From Octopus sinensis (lineage: Eukaryota), in NCBI RefSeq assembly GCF_006345805.1, contig NC_042999.1, forward strand, positions 19,902,001 through 19,966,000: DNA of 64,000 nt, given 5' to 3'. The first letter of the stretch is position 1, and every line of letters begins with the position of its first letter. Both the position numbers and the translations under genes were made by a program. Below are positions 63,411-64,000 of the stretch, one piece after another. Under the pieces are notes generated by a model. The model had not been told where the DNA came from and did not search any database. It saw nothing but the letters and a program-made list of their open reading frames with translations.

Positions 63411-63691
63411 TTTGTAGTAAAGATTGTTTGCCAATATAACATGGCTGTCCCAGTCCAGGACGAATGTTGCTGTAATTTAGACCCAGGAGACATCATCTCC
63501 AGCTGGTTATACGACATGATCCTTACATTTTCAAACAAGGTGGGTGCTAGATTCCCTGGTTCAAAAATGTAAGGACACAGATCGTGTCATATAGTCAGCT
63601 GGAGATGATGTCTCCTGAGGATAAATTACAGCAACTTTGGTCCTAGACCAGGACAGCCATGTTATGTTGGCAAACAATCTTTTACTACAAA
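63411..63691. repeat. Foldback inverted repeat (about 130-bp arms, about 14-nt loop), MITE-like
   Basis: Left arm tttgtagtaaaagattgtttgccaatataacatggctgtcc...ccttacattttcaaacaagg pairs with the right arm ccctggttcaaaaatgtaagg...ggacagccatgttatgttggcaaacaatcttttactacaaa. Confidence 0.92.
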
Positions 63692-64000
63692 ACCAAAACC
63701 CTAGTCAATTTGAGGGGGGAGGGACAAAGACTGGCACAAAAGCACACATGTGTGCACACATGTATGCTCACCCATAAATATGTATGTCACAAGCTTCTAT
63801 ATAGTTTCCATCATTCAAATTCACTTACCAAACATTGGTTGGCCTTAGGCTATAATAGAAGACATTTTCCCAAGGTACTGTGCCGTAGGACTGAACCTGT
63901 AGAAGCACAGTTTCAAACCAAGCTTCTCCTGCTTCTCGAAATCTGAATTTGTGCCACCAAGATGATCATATTTAAAATATCATTCCTTCTGAGATGATAA

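Overview
AT-rich, repeat-saturated animal DNA. The repeat content (several tRNA-headed SINE families, non-LTR tails ending in (GAT)n, very long TA microsatellites) suggests an octopus/coleoid cephalopod intron or intergenic region; this is my inference and was not checked. No host protein-coding gene could be identified with confidence. Nearly all listed ORFs come from microsatellites, SINE bodies or decayed transposon ORFs. Recognisable content: two mariner elements, a DD37D (maT-like) element, hAT, RTE, Tx1-like and R4/Dong-like remnants, two non-autonomous Helitrons, a piggyBac-type MITE, a 281-bp foldback and more than 30 SINE copies or fragments. Main findings: (1) four type I hammerhead ribozyme folds with palindromic or near-palindromic stem III, three of them within 2.8 kb at 54.3-57.1 kb and two with fully canonical cores, plus one degenerate copy; (2) a U6 snRNA retrocopy fused at its oligo-T end to a retroelement 3' tail; (3) a ~183-bp x9 tandem array grown inside one TSD-bounded dimeric SINE; (4) a ~403-bp x4 array with A-B-A-B structure; (5) a covarying 3' stem-loop shared by a SINE and a second repeat family. 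All coordinates were read by eye and may be off by a few bases.
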